Shown here one piece after another: positions 1 through 13,486 of a DNA stretch of 64,000 nucleotides (position 1 is its first letter; each line of letters starts with the position of its first letter). Under the pieces are notes generated by a model. It was given only the letters and a program-made list of their open reading frames with translations. It had not been told where the DNA came from and ran no database searches. Location of the stretch: NCBI GenBank assembly GCA_030141605.1, contig JAQGDQ010000293.1, positions 124,001 to 188,000 on the forward strand, written 5' to 3'. Source of the stretch: Tubiluchus corallicola. Its lineage: Eukaryota > Animalia > Priapulida. A program made the translations under genes and the position numbers.

Positions 1-279
1 GGCACGCCTAAATATTTCCTGCTACTAACAATTTGGCGTTCATTAAGTGATAAAATTTAATCTCATTTATATCCTTAAAATTTGCTACCTGTCCCGAGCC
101 ACATTACTTTAGTTGTGTTCAAAATATTGTCAGTTATCCTGTCAGAAATATTACTGAAGTCATTATTCAAATCAGTTTCAAATCCAGCTAGACAATTTTA
201 GTTTAACATCTCGCTTTCTTTTTGTGTGAAATTTTCTGTTTTTCCGATTTCTAATGTAAGATAGAAGCAATGTTTTGCT

Positions 280-935
280 TTTATTTTTAATTTGATGTCG
301 TCGATTTTGTTCTTATTGGCTGTTATAATGGTAAATGATTCATGCAAATTAACCAATACATCTTGAACAAACTCGTGCTTTCAGCAGAGATATAGTCTTC
401 TTTTTTAATCTTCTGTTTTAATGACGAATTAAAATGTTGAGAGAGATTGCTAACATTTCTTAAAACAACTGGTCACTCTTCTCAATGAAGCGATGTCTTA
501 ATACCAAGCTTTAATCATAGTAGAATTAAGTAATAGATTTTTAAGTAACAGAATAGCATGTTATTTCTAATGGAATTGCTCAAGCTAAAAGACGAATTGC
601 TTCCGTTCAGTAGAAGAAATTAGCTTTTACTAAATCTACAGTAAAGCTAGTAGGAGAAATGATTTTCTAATTATCTGATCACATAGCTCGAGCAACAGGC
701 GCAATGCCGAACAACTGTGTGACGAAACAGTGCAAGGTAGGGCTGTCAACAAAATTTAATAACGTTTTATGAAGCCATTCAGCTGAAAGTGAGTTACCAT
801 TTGGTTGCTCGGCAGTTTTAATTAAGCCTTTATGACTAATACTTGAGAAGTGAAACGGTGAAATCCAGTCGATTTGAAGGAGGGGACGTGATTGGGTATT
901 ATAGACATCAAGAAGTGTCATTGACTCAGTAAGAA
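280..935 (-). mobile_element. Possible decayed CR1-group LINE endonuclease region
   Basis: IDW and LLNFVDSPTLHCFVTQ loosely resemble APE endonuclease motifs of CR1 ORF2; many stops downstream. Confidence 0.25.
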
Positions 936-984
936 AATTTATTCACCACAGACACCACTAGATGTCACTGCCGGGAAGTTAGAC

Positions 985-1445
985 AACCAAGAAGAACACA
1001 ATTAGAATATTCTCAGCCTTAGTTGAAACTGTATTTCTGTATAACTCTGAGCTCTGGACATTAAAAGCAAATTATAAAGCTGAAATCGATGCGTTTCAAA
1101 GGCGAAATTACAGAAACATTTCTAGTATTAGACGGTCAAAGAAAATTTCAAACAAAGATCTATATGAAAAAAATAAAAGAAGAACCTTGGACAAGAAAAA
1201 TAAAAAGACGCCGTTTAAGATGGATTGGGCATATGCTTAGACTACCTGATGATGTTCTATTCAACAAGCCACAGACCCAGCTAAAAAACCTGCAGGAGGA
1301 CAAATGTTAACATATTTAGATTTTGCACAGAAAGATTTAAACACTTCAGCATTGATCCTTACAAATAAATCCACTTGAGGCATTGCGGCGAGCAGGGAGA
1401 CCTGGCATAGGGAGGTGAGCAGAATAATGTCCCTGGACGTATGAT
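985..1445 (+). mobile_element. RTE-clade LINE, 3' fragment of ORF
   Basis: IRIFSALVETVFLYNSELWTL...IDAFQRR...ISNKDLY, frameshift, then IKRRRLRWIGHMLRLPDD: typical RTE post-RT region. Confidence 0.8.
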
Positions 1446-2004
1446 TCATTGGATGACAGCTAGCTGAAGGTGGTTTCCATGGTTTCTACCACAACACAAA
1501 ACGTTCGTTGACACGTGACAGTCAACGCACACGAAGTGATTTGACAACGACCTTTTTTAAATTTCAGCATATCAGAACTTAAAAAGAAATAACACTTTTC
1601 TTTAATTTAGAACTATTTTTGTAGAGGATCAGTATTCTATTTGATTGTTTTGTTCGTTTTGTGGCAGTTTTATTGAGATTGTTTTGCCATGATACCTGTT
1701 CCCATAGGCAGTTTATTTCCCTTCCGGGACAGGACTATTTCCTATTAGATGGTTTCACGTAACTTATTGTCGAGCGACACTTGACCAAACATCGTTATGC
1801 CAGCGGAAACATAGCTTCTTAATATGTAATAACTAACATCCATGGTCGTTGGTCAATCCAAAGTCTGCTCTGAGTGAAATTTACTATTTAGAATCTTATT
1901 TTAGTATTTAGTATAGAGATGTATCGACCTAATCCTACACACATTAAAGGTAACTAAAACACCACTGTTCATATAGTGTTAGGTGAGTCTAGCCAAATGA
2001 TTTC

Positions 2005-2215
2005 ACACATCAACATCATTATGATCATTACTGTCATCGTCATTATCATCATCATCATCACTATCACCACCACCACCACCACCACCAACCCCATCACCAC
2101 CATCATCACCATCACCATCATCATCTTCGTCACTACCATCATCATCATTACCATAATCATCATCATCATCATCATCATCAGCACCACCACCATCATCATT
2201 ATTATCGTTGTCATT
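2005..2215. repeat. (CAT)/(CAC) compound microsatellite
   Basis: Directly visible trinucleotide runs. Confidence 0.9.
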
Positions 2216-3899
2216 TTAATCGACATCACTGCTCTGTAACTGCAGGCACTAGACACAGCATGTGGCTCGCCACCACCTCTCATTTACTTCTAAAAAGTTT
2301 TTAGATTTTCATTGGTAATTAGTTAAGAATGAAGAAAAACAGTCGATCCTGCTCAGTTTAGATATCGTGTTTATGTTGGCAGTACCATTACGTTCAGGTA
2401 TGATCCAACATGATGGCCTCAAAAGCTGTGAAGTCTTTTCGTCACTTTCTGAGTTATGCAATTCCATTAGTTGATTATAATAATATAACGGGGTGCGATA
2501 ACCCACTTTTAAGAAACACAAGGGAGTGAATTCGGATGTTGTCACATTACTATATCGATCACTGTTCCTACAGCTCCATATAATTTAGACATACTCTCCA
2601 ATTAGAATAATTAAACTCGCGTGATGTCGCTCGCATTGTTGATTACTGACAGCTCAATTAGCACGCGATGTATGTTGTTTTGTATACGTGACATGCATGT
2701 TTTAGTGCTTCCAGAGATGTGCTATTTGGTTTGCTTGATAGCTATTTCATAGGTCTGTCAATTTCTTGGCACGCAGAAGATGATAGCAATACAGCATTAA
2801 TGCCAAAGTAGTTTGTAATAGTCTCACAGCATACAGAACGCACTGAATGCCACTGTTGACACAGTCACCGGTTCATTGTCGATTGAAATTAGCTCGTGTT
2901 ACTTGTGTAATCACGCGCAGAAGAGGAAAGAATACCGTGACCGTTTTCTTCGTACAAACTGCCAATGATTACGCTTTAGTTTGCCTTTCAACGTTCACTG
3001 AATGAACCTGTCCACTGAGGTTTCCCGAACTGTTGGTAGGCGAAAAGAAAGTGCCACATTGATAGTGGTGATAAGATGAACAAATAAACGATGAGAAGAT
3101 GGTCTCTTGTTCCAAATGTAGATGGGTAACGGTGATGAGGCTGTGGTCAGCGGCGTATTAACCAATAAACTAACTAGGCTATAGTCTATGGCGCCAAAGT
3201 TTATAGGGGTGGCACATTTTAGAAAAAATTCTTATTCTCCTCGGAAAATGTGTATACTTTCATATTCACGTAAATGGTACATTTTATAACACATCACAGG
3301 TAGTTACTGAGCGCTATTTTTATATATAAGTGCCACATAACGGACAGCTGTAAGATAATACACAACAAACAGTTGCGCAGCCTGCTTGAATATAAGCGCT
3401 ATGCAAATACATGTAATTAATAATGACCACATAGAAAGTAGGTTAATAGTGTTTCTAATACACCACAGGTAATTCGTTTAATCAGTTCTTTGTATAAACA
3501 GCCATGAATTTACAAGAGATTTACAGAGATGGGCGGGACAGAATTATCAACCTAGGGCGTCGTAAAGTGATGTTGTCAAATGAAACCCAACAGAAAGGCC
3601 TTGGATGGAGCTTTCTGCTCTGGAAGAAATATTTTGGCACCACCGGAAATGTTGCTAAAGTATGGCCTAAATAGTATCAAATTATCTCGAAGAAAGTAAA
3701 CTAACTAGAAAAAACACCGTTATTTTGTCGAAGATTGGAGCAAATCGTCTTGTTTATTAATAAAGTGACTATGGCTTCTTTGAAATTGCTTGTACAAACT
3801 AAATATCTTGGACAAAACGTTACAGAAAGCCTGAAAGGGATTCATGACAGCTTAACCTAAAACGGCTCTCTACAAGAAAACACTCTCCATAAATAACGG

Positions 3900-4335
3900 T
3901 TAAAGAATTCACTTTGAAATTTTGTATCACTTATTTGCTGTCTTATTGCACACAGGGTTCTTTTGGCAACAACGCTGTTTAAAACTTGTAAATTTGAAGT
4001 TTAGACGCAACCTTTTTAACGTTAAGTCATTTGAAACACGTGTAGATAAAAATGAGTAAAGTTTGAAAAAAATAATTAAAATGTTTGTTGAATATTTTTC
4101 AACAAATGAGAAAAGTTGAAATTACTTTACTTGTCAATAAAATCAATAATGTGTTTCTTTTTTTGGTGAACCAGTGGTGCACACTGGGATGGTAATACAG
4201 TGACGTTTTATTAGTATTTATTAGTGACGTTATAAATAAAATAATAATTTATTATTTTAAATTATTAAGAATTTTTTTATCCAATTAAGTAGTTTTTGGC
4301 TTGTGCTCTTTTAAAACTTCCCTTTCTTCCTCTTG
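3900..4335 (-). mobile_element. Kolobok-like MITE family B, degraded copy
   Basis: Shares aaattttgtatcactta, ccagtggtgcacactggga and terminal ccctttcttcc with 7780-8240 and the reverse complement of 35616-36058. Confidence 0.6.
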
Positions 4336-4354
4336 AACTGATGCGGCAGACGGC

Positions 4355-4472
4355 TTTGTTTTACCCGCATGGACGTGACGATTGTTATTAAGACGCGATG
4401 CTGTGGTACACTGTTGACTAGTGATCTACAGCAACTGCGCGTGCGCACAGCAAAACTGTGAAAAGGCTTATT
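4355..4472 (+). mobile_element. Partial MITE (right arm), same family as 61595-61986
   Basis: ctacagcaactgcgc...caaaactgtgaaaaggcttatt is shared with 61870-61987. Confidence 0.7.
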
Positions 4473-5145
4473 GAAGCAAACACTTTACTAGTGCGGTAGC
4501 TATTTAACCTTGAATGCATGAAATAAAAGAACGAAAGTTTTACTTTTATTATCGCTCTCTTTCTGCCTTCCCCAATGAAGACAGTGTGCTTCTTTGTTTT
4601 ATAACTAATAAAACAATAATTAGCTATGGCTTATATGAGAACGTCTGAAAAAACGTGGCAATGCTCTGCCATGGTGACGCAGCATCACGCAGTTCAAAAG
4701 CGATGCTTATTACTGAAGCTGCCGCTATTTCTGCGTTAGCCAGTGTGTTTTTGCTAGGTAATAATACCAAAAGATGGAGCTGGCTGATCTATACAGTTCT
4801 CTCATTACTGCCTGATCCTTTGGGTGCTATTAGTAAGCGGATTATGGGCGTTTCAAATTTGAAATTCGTGCTTACGTCCCTTTTGTCTTTCGTTTTTTGC
4901 GTTGCAGACGGTTGATTAAATTAAGACTTGCGAGCGTGGAACAAAACGCTGCTACAAACAAACGCAGCTTGGCTATAATGTATTGATTGTTATTTGCACG
5001 TTTGTATATACTCAGGACATATGCATTTGCGGTACATTGGACATTTCATAGTAAAAGGCCTGTATAGCCCCAACAGTCACTGAACTTTTTTAACGCATTA
5101 TTAATATTGTTATTAAACAAAATAGACATAAATTAAATAACTTAC

Positions 5146-5193
5146 CTTTTTCTGGCGAATTTCGAACGCATGCGTTGCCGTGAAGAACGCCAT
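5146..5193 (-). CDS. Candidate first coding exon of an unidentified minus-strand gene or transposon ORF
   Basis: aacATGGCG start context, MAFFTATHAFEIRQKK, consensus donor AAG|GTAAGT, CpG-rich context. No downstream exon identified. Confidence 0.3.
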
Positions 5194-7779
5194 GTTTCGC
5201 GTCTTAGATGCCAGTGAGCGAGAATGACGTACGAGGTACAAAAAGCGTCCTTGGCTACCGATTTGTGGTGACCTCGTGACTGTACCTATAATGTCACTCG
5301 TCTCGCACAACAAAAAATTGTGGTTCTTCAAATTTAATACCGCTAACGACGAATTGATAAAAAATTAAAAGACACAAGTTTTACAGTAAGTTTGTAAATA
5401 AAAGAAATTGATATATTCCTAAGGATTGGACTTTAAGTTGTAAAAGCTTATATATAGTGAGGGTTTGGTTTGACTTGGCCCGATCAGACCCAAAAACAGA
5501 GTGAAAATGTGACGGTACAAAATTGATTTGCCCCGCCTCTTATTTCCGGTTGCAAAATTGATTTGCCCCCAGCTCCGTATCTTTCTGTCATACTTTTCTT
5601 AGGCCCACAAGTCACATTCAAGAAACAAAAACCTACAGATCGCAATCATAGGGTCGGATAAATATTCTTTGCAAGACTAGAACAATGACACAACACATAC
5701 GCATTAGTGCTTACAAGGTGTCTTATAAGTTTACACTTTACACTTTACTATACACTTTACTTATTTTTTAACACCCAAAGCAAAATGTTTGAAAATTGGT
5801 ACACATAAACTAAAACCTTGAGCAGTTATTTTAGCTAAATGAGACAAAAATGTGAAAGAAACTACTACATTGGCAAGATTTGCTATTTTTACTACCATTT
5901 TCGGGGACCCCAAGAGCTTGAGAGACCAATCCAATGGCTAGTCAGGTGTCTTGCATTGAAAAAGCCTCTAGCAGCCCATGACGTGTGAGAAAGGGCTGCA
6001 CTTTGTTGAAGAAGCTACGTTGTTAGTAGAGAGAGCATAGTATGGTCCGCGTGGTGTTCTGAACTCAGTCAGACATCGAAGGACGGTCACGCTAGGTTAA
6101 TTTTGCCCCTCGTTCCTAACATCACTGTCATCGCCATAGCAACGGGGTTCTAGTCAAACAATAAATAAAAAGAATTTCCAAAAGCCCTCTTTGATTCAGG
6201 TAAGAGCTTGTCGAGACTGAAGAAAATTTTAACAAGAAGATTAGAAATCAAAAAGTACAGTGACTTTTTTAGTCGCCCTGTACTTGTAGAAATATATTCG
6301 TTTCTCAAAAAAGCAATTGAAACAAAATATAAACGCACAAGCGATGGACTGTTTAGTAAACAAATGTACCTTTCTGCTTTGTTCTTAAAAAAGGTTTCCA
6401 TAACACTGCCAAAGTCAATAGATTTTGCAATTTGAGTTTCTATGCTGGTTTTGCCATTTCTATCAATGGTATCAACGAAAAATCTTTCGCCATTCTACGA
6501 ATATGACGGGCTTCATGTATTTACAATGAATTTATCTGGAGTTTCGTCTATGCAATTATAGATAACTGTTTTTGAGACTCTCAGCTGACAATAGATTTTC
6601 AACCTCAGACAAAGAGTATAACAATTTTCTCATTTTATTTTTAGTAGTACGCAAATTTTGTAGAACAATGCATGTAGGGTTTTTATATTTGATACAATCG
6701 CCATTTAAAGCAGCTGTGCAAACCATAGTAATCCAAATAGCAACAAATAATGGATAAAGATACATGTATACATAAAATTACAAAAACATATCGAGTCTTA
6801 TTTTTATACTTGTTCAATCGTGAGCAACGTGACTCTCCTTGAAGGTGGTACTTGGGACCACACAGGCACAGGAGTTACACTAAATAGCTAAATAAGATGT
6901 TTTCCACCTCAATACTTAACAGTGAAACAGATGCAGAGATAGATACAATGTTTCCTTATATCTTTCGCACAGCATAGTTCTCTAAGCACTACAAAAGAAG
7001 CTTCTAGAACAAGGTGAGAGATGATTATTTGTCTAGTCATCGGCCTAATTTTCTTGAAACTACACACACCATCATCTGAAAATTTTTCCAGAAGAATATA
7101 GAGATAATTATTGTTAATCATGCGAATGTTTAAAAATTTGGAAAAGTCACAACAGCTTGTACACATCGAAGTGCAACAGCATCACATAATAGCAGCTATC
7201 CAAGGGAAGTATCTTGCAAAACTAACGCTGTCCTCACTGAAATCTTCCTGAGTAAAGGCCATCCCTTAGTTTTTTGCTTTGCTTCCTGAAAACCATTATT
7301 TTACAACTACACTATCTACTGTTGTTTTATATTTGAAGTACCTGTACGTCCAGCAGACACAGGGAACTGAGATCTTTTAAGATTAGATTAGATTGGTAAT
7401 TTTAGGTGGTTCTTATTTGGTAGGCGTACATATGTGTACGCTTTAAGTCCTGCACAATCTATATTGTGTATATATTCAACAATATAATATAACAATAGTA
7501 GAACGAATTGTTTTATTATTATCTAATAACACTGTGACTCAGCATCATAACTTGCCTTGCTTCAGTAGCACTTCTTAAGTTACTCTAATTAAGTTACGAA
7601 TCTCTCTCCAATTACTGTAATTACATTTCAGCATTGTTTACTGCCAATAAAACTGCATTGGCAAGGTCAGTGTCACTGAAGTTCTTCAGTTGAATATACC
7701 TTAGTAGGAATGGTCAAGGTGTCTAATGTCTTTTAGCGTATTTTTAACTTATCCGTGGTATAAATTTTCTGAATCATTG

Positions 7780-8240
7780 AAAGGGTAATAAAATACCTTT
7801 CATAAATAAAGCTTAAAAAATTCGTCTTTAAATTTTGTGTCACTTACATGTTGTCTTATTACATACTTAGCAGTAACGGTGTATAAAACTTATAAATTTA
7901 ATCACCTGCGTTGACAGTTAGGCGCAGCCATTTTGATGGTAATTATGTCGTTTGAAACAAGTTAGGTAATATCAGAGTATTCGTGACACACGCTTTGCTA
8001 ACTAACCAGGTGTGAATTACTTTATATTCTCAACAAGATTAATAATGTTTTTGGTCAGCCAGTGGTGCACACTGGGACGGTGAATCTGTCAGGTTTTACC
8101 AGTTGGCGCGAACATTTTAAATTACTAAGAATGTTTTTTTCTAGTACATAAATCTTTCAAGCAGGAAAGCGTAATGCTAAGTAATATAATTTTGTATAGA
8201 AAGTTTTTTGCGAATCACTTTAAAATTCCTCTTTCCTTCA
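7780..8240 (-). mobile_element. Kolobok-like MITE family B copy
   Basis: Collinear similarity to the reverse complement of 35616-36058 (agccattttga, cagtggtgcacactggga, ggcgcgaacattttaaatta). Confidence 0.65.
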
Positions 8241-8414
8241 ATATGGTTTTAATGACAAGGGAATGAATGACAGTGATTGCAGTGCAGAGAACAATCAAGC
8301 AGGACTGAATTTACTGAATGTTGCCAAAGTTCGTTTAATATACAACATTAGCATTAACGACTTATACAATACGAGGAATAACGCAACACAGAAATATGCC
8401 ATGGCGTTGACTTC

Positions 8415-8480
8415 CTTGGTTTCGAACCCAAGATTGCGTGGTTGCAGTTTTCAGTCTCGACCATTCGATCACCTAACTCA
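8415..8480 (-). pseudogene. tRNA-derived (SINE-like) head
   Basis: Reverse complement has the B-box gggttcgaaacc and a degenerate D arm. Confidence 0.45.
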
Positions 8481-8690
8481 AGACCAGTTTCAATAATTCT
8501 ACAACAGATAATCAGATTTAAATGAATTTAACGTCGCTAAATTGAGCTCGTCGGATATTATCCAATCTTGAAAAAATTCGATAATAGTCCCGCAACTTAT
8601 TAGCTGTTTAAATGTACCCAGTATATCACACAGTATACAGTATAGTAACAGTAATAAAGTATACGTGAGTAGCAAAATCATCGCCAATTT

Positions 8691-9478
8691 CAGTGCCCAT
8701 GGGCTTTATGGGCTGCGGGCCCAATGGCCTCAGCCAGCTGAGGGGCCTCCAGAGATTAAGTGAAATTAATTTACTGTGAAAAGTTACTGCAGCATGAGAG
8801 TTAAAGTAAGCTGAATTATCAGGGCTCAGTTCATTAATATACTGTATAATCTGGACACTGGAATTGCTTTCTTGACCATCATTGAGGTCGCATCTCTCTT
8901 TTTGTTGTGTTAAACTTTCACCCGTCTGTGTGCGCCTAATGTGAGCATTATGTTTGTAATGTATACGCTCAAACCAAAGTAGCGTTCCCATATCTATGTT
9001 AGTTTATTCTGCAAAAATACAAATTTTCTGTAGTCTACAATTACTACATCTACAAATCTACTGAAATAAGTGCTAGAAAATAAGTGCTACAGATTACTAC
9101 GTTACACTAAAAAGCTAAAATGCATACATACATTGTTGGTCCAATATTGAGTCGAGAAGAAGCCAGAATGTCAGAAAAGGTAGCAGTATAATTATAAGTA
9201 AAATTTTAAATGTAACAAAGACGTGTGTACATAACAAGTTCCACCTTGTCAGAGTAGAAAAAGTAGTCTAGCTTGTTGAGCTACAGTCTAATATATTGTG
9301 GCTTCCAATGCATATACTACCTTGAGAAGGGGTAATGGACCAAAACATTTGCACCTGCAACAATTTATAGAAGTTTAATAAACTAATTTGAAGAATCCAA
9401 CATTCATAGTTTTGTTAATTGTCACAATGGGGCCCGGGCCTCACAGTATCTGTAGCCCAGAGGCCTACAAAATTACTG
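8691..9478 (-). mobile_element. Decayed hAT-like element with possible transposase C-terminal remnant
   Basis: GC-rich ggcccc-type subterminal blocks at both ends (cagtgcccatgggc..., ...gtagcccagaggcc). The minus-strand translation has GQE..S...I..I.NEL, resembling the hAT dimerisation domain. Boundaries approximate. Confidence 0.35.
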
Positions 9479-9555
9479 GCAAAGTGATATACTAGCGAAG
9501 TGATACACTGGTGAAATGATGCGCTGGCGAAATGTGAACTGGCGAAGTGATGCAC
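9476..9555 (+). repeat. ~15-16 bp tandem repeat (ctggcgaagtgatac), probable MITE subterminal repeats
   Basis: About five degenerate copies visible. Confidence 0.6.
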
Positions 9556-10044
9556 AACTGCTGTACCATCAACAATGTGGCAAGATTCGCCTTGTCTTGA
9601 AATTTACCATGTAATAAAATAATACCCTGCCATGTTAGTGCAATCACTGCAGAATTTTCAGCAAATTCCCTCCGAGCTAATCATTATCTACATGTAAGCA
9701 AAGCAATTAGAGGTGCTTGTAGCGGTAATGTTTTATTAAAGATGATAACAGACCGTCATTAATCATGCATGCGAGCAGTGTATAAAGTATCGATTTATGA
9801 TCGCGGACGAATTTTTAGGCAAAATTGCTTCCTCGTCGTAGTAAACGTTTAAAACAACACGCAATTTGCTTCTTAACACGAAAAACAATTGAACAAACAA
9901 ATAAACAAACTCACAAACAAACAAACAAACAAATAAATATGATTAATTAGCCAGGTATTAGGGGTTCGTTACACTTTTTTATTGAATTACTAAATGACAT
10001 GTACGTTAAACATACCGTATTTCACTAGCCCATACAATTCACCT

Positions 10045-11061
10045 AATCCAGGTAATAACGTCACTGGCAAAAAGTAGCGGTAAAAAAGTCACAGAAAAAA
10101 ACTCAAAAGAAAAAAGTCACGGGTAAAAACTCCTAGGAAAAACTCACAGGAAAAAAGTCACGGGAAAAGCTCCTAGGAAAAACTCACAGGAAAAAAGTCA
10201 CGGGTAAAAGCTCCTAGGAAAAACTCACAGTAAAAAAGTCACGGGTAAAGGCTCCTAGGAAAAACTCACAGGAAAAAAGTCACGGGAAAAGCTCCTAGGA
10301 AAAACTCACAGGAAAAAAGTCACGGGTAAAAGCTCCTAGGAAAAACTCACAGGAAAAAAGTCACGGGTAAAGGCTCCTAGGAAAAACTCACAGGAAAAAA
10401 GTCACGGGAAAAGCTCCTAGGAAAAACTCAAAGGAAAAAAAGTCACGGGTAAAAGCTCCTAGGAAAAACTCAAAAGAAAAAAGTCACGGGTAAAAGCTCA
10501 TAGGAAAAACTCAAAGGAAAAAAGTCACGAGTAAAAGCTCTTAGGAAAAACTCACAGGAAAAAAGTCACGGATAAAAGCTCCTAGGATAAACTCACAGTA
10601 AAAAAGTCACGAGTAAAAGCTTATAGGAAAAACTCACAGGAAAAAAGTCACGGGTAAAAGCTCACAGGAAAAAAGTCAGGGGGAAAAAGAAATAACCCTA
10701 GCCCTAATTCTATCCCTAAGCACTAAGATGTTAAACAAAAATGTGATTTCGTTTCCTCATACATGTAATGCCATCATATATAAATAGTGTTGTCAATATG
10801 TAGAAGTCATGTATTGTCAGTGAATAACTGATTTAAAATATTTTGTTTTAGTACTTTAATTATTTATGCCACTTAAACAAATTGTGACTGGCTTGAGTAT
10901 TTTTGTTTGTTTACCTGACTTTCATTCCTGGCCAAAATTGAACTTTTCCGGCAAGCGTATTCCACAAATTAATTATGACTTTTTTCCTGTGATCTATTCC
11001 TAACTAAAATTATGTCTTTTTTCTGTGACTTTTTCTCCCATAACTTTATTGCCGGTCATCC
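10045..11061 (+). mobile_element. Mutator-like MITE with an internal ~41-42 bp tandem array (10070-10690)
   Basis: Unit ggaaaaactcacaggaaaaaagtcacgggtaaaagctccta; inverted gtgactttttt subrepeats at 10910-11050; ends match the element at 20303-20558; degenerate 9-bp flanks aattcacct/acttgacca. Confidence 0.65.
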
Positions 11062-12389
11062 ACTTGACCATGTTGTCAGCAGCTACAACAAAGAGCTGAA
11101 ATGAAGTTCTGGACATTTCACGGTATCAGTCTAGACCAGTACTGAACTTGGCATATGTTAAAAAAGCCATAGATTTAGCGTCATAACCCACATGAGTCTC
11201 ATAGAATTTTGTTTATAAAATATCAACGTAACTTTTATTGTGTACTGTAGTTTTTAATATTTAGGAAATTTTTGAAAAAGTTTTAAAATAGTTTTACACG
11301 TGATTAATAAATGTAATGCTTTCAGCTCCAAATTTTTCGTCTTTACAATGAAGAGAAATATCGCTGATACAGAAAGATAAAAAGAGAAAAAAGAGCAGCT
11401 TAAAACAATTACCAAAAGTTGATTTTATTCCAAAAGTTTAATCCAGCATCGGGAAAGGATCTACAAACCTTCAGTGCTCAACTTGTGTCCGAAATGACTA
11501 CAAGCTAGCGCTAATTTGTACACATGCTAATGTACTTTGAAACTTCAAGTTTGTATAATATATAATCTGCGAGATACCCATGAAGCTAGCCAGATTATAA
11601 CTTAATTCATTTGGAATTTCTTTTTGAACACCTGGTTATGATAGTAAAAATCTTTTATTGGAGGGTATTTTTTCTGACGACCCAAACATTCTTTGGAACG
11701 GACTTTTGTTACGCCCTGTGCATTTTTTTGTAAACCTGTAAGTTTGTACTGCATAGGCCCTCGCCAAGGATAAATCCAGCCCTGGAGAAGATGTTTAGTC
11801 AGTAAACAGTCTATTAATTCAAACATAAACGTGTAGAATTACTTGCTGCATAAGGATCCGATTTGTACAACACACTATTATTATACCACAATTTTCTCGA
11901 AAAATGGAAACTCCAGACTAATTGAATGAACAGCCTCGCTATTATGTTTATTGCCAGACTGAGCATATGCGCTTGCAGTATTTTGATAAGCTAGGCGTGA
12001 TTTCTGCAAACGTCGGCGAGCAATTGTTTGAGACGAGTGGTATTTTTGAAATTAGTTTGCTCCGTTACCATGGAAATGTACTAATAGACTGAATTCGTAT
12101 AATTCCCTCTGCAGATGCCTACAATGGAAACATGCAAACAATTTTCTCTGTCGTTCATTAGCACAAATTTCACCATGGCATCTGCGTTAATGCTGCTTTA
12201 ATTTTTGCGTTCCTGACAGCAGCTGAATGCGAATACATTAAGTTGAATCAACAATCAGCATTATGATTTAGGATGAATAATGCAGGTTTTGAAAAAGGAT
12301 CAGAACCCATGGGAAAGCAAGTACTCTTCACACACACGATCTTAGCGTAACAATAACAGTCACTGTTGTTATTGTAACTGATTATTATT

Positions 12390-13240
12390 TATTTATTAAA
12401 TCTAGTTTATTTACAAAATAAAATAATTCAAAACCCTCCATTTACAGGGCAAGAGTGCATCAATACATACAAAAATACACTGCATATTAAAACTACGTGT
12501 AAACATAGAAATACATATTATAAACCCACACGCATATCCAGATCCAATTATTATACGATTAATACAAAATTAATATACAATGAATATATGAATTAATACG
12601 CTTTGAAATTTGAAGCTTATTACCTGGTAATTTTGAAACTGTTGCAAAAATTGGTACATGTTGTACGAAACTAGTTTTCTAACTGAGATTTCGTGCACAA
12701 TATCAATATACAGGTGTTCTAAATTTACGGAAGGTAAAACTTTGCATAGAAGATTTAGCGTTGTACGAAATCGAAGGACAATCAAATACTAAGTGTTCGG
12801 GTGTTTGTATATCAGTAAAACACTTACGGTAATTACTATTGGCTAAACCAACTGTATTTAGGAAGGAGTTACAACCTCTGCCATCGCAACTGATTTTTGT
12901 CCCTGTCATTACTTAGAATAACTAATTATACAAATAATTAACGGTTAAAACCTAAAAAAACCAACACACTCAGTTTGGGAACCTTTTTTATGAGCAACTG
13001 GTACCACATATTGAGTATTCAGTTATTTAATTTGTACATTCTAGAATACTGGTAACAAACGCAAGCTTCATTTTTGAACTGCGAGTCAGTGATTTTCCAA
13101 AGCAGTGTGAAATATAAAAGAATTTTCTTCTCACTGCGACGTAATAATAACACTCTAGGATAGGAAATAATTACGCAGCTCAAAAGGGAGGTTAGCACTT
13201 GTTAAATCGGGAAGGCCGCTTATTATTACTGTGCAGAGAG
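12390..13240 (-). mobile_element. CR1/L2-group LINE 3' fragment with zinc-knuckle remnant
   Basis: Minus-strand GCNSFLNTVGLANSNYRKCFTDIQTPEHLVFDCP followed by an AT-rich 3' UTR and aataaa-rich tail near 12390. Confidence 0.6.
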
Positions 13241-13486
<246 letters not shown>

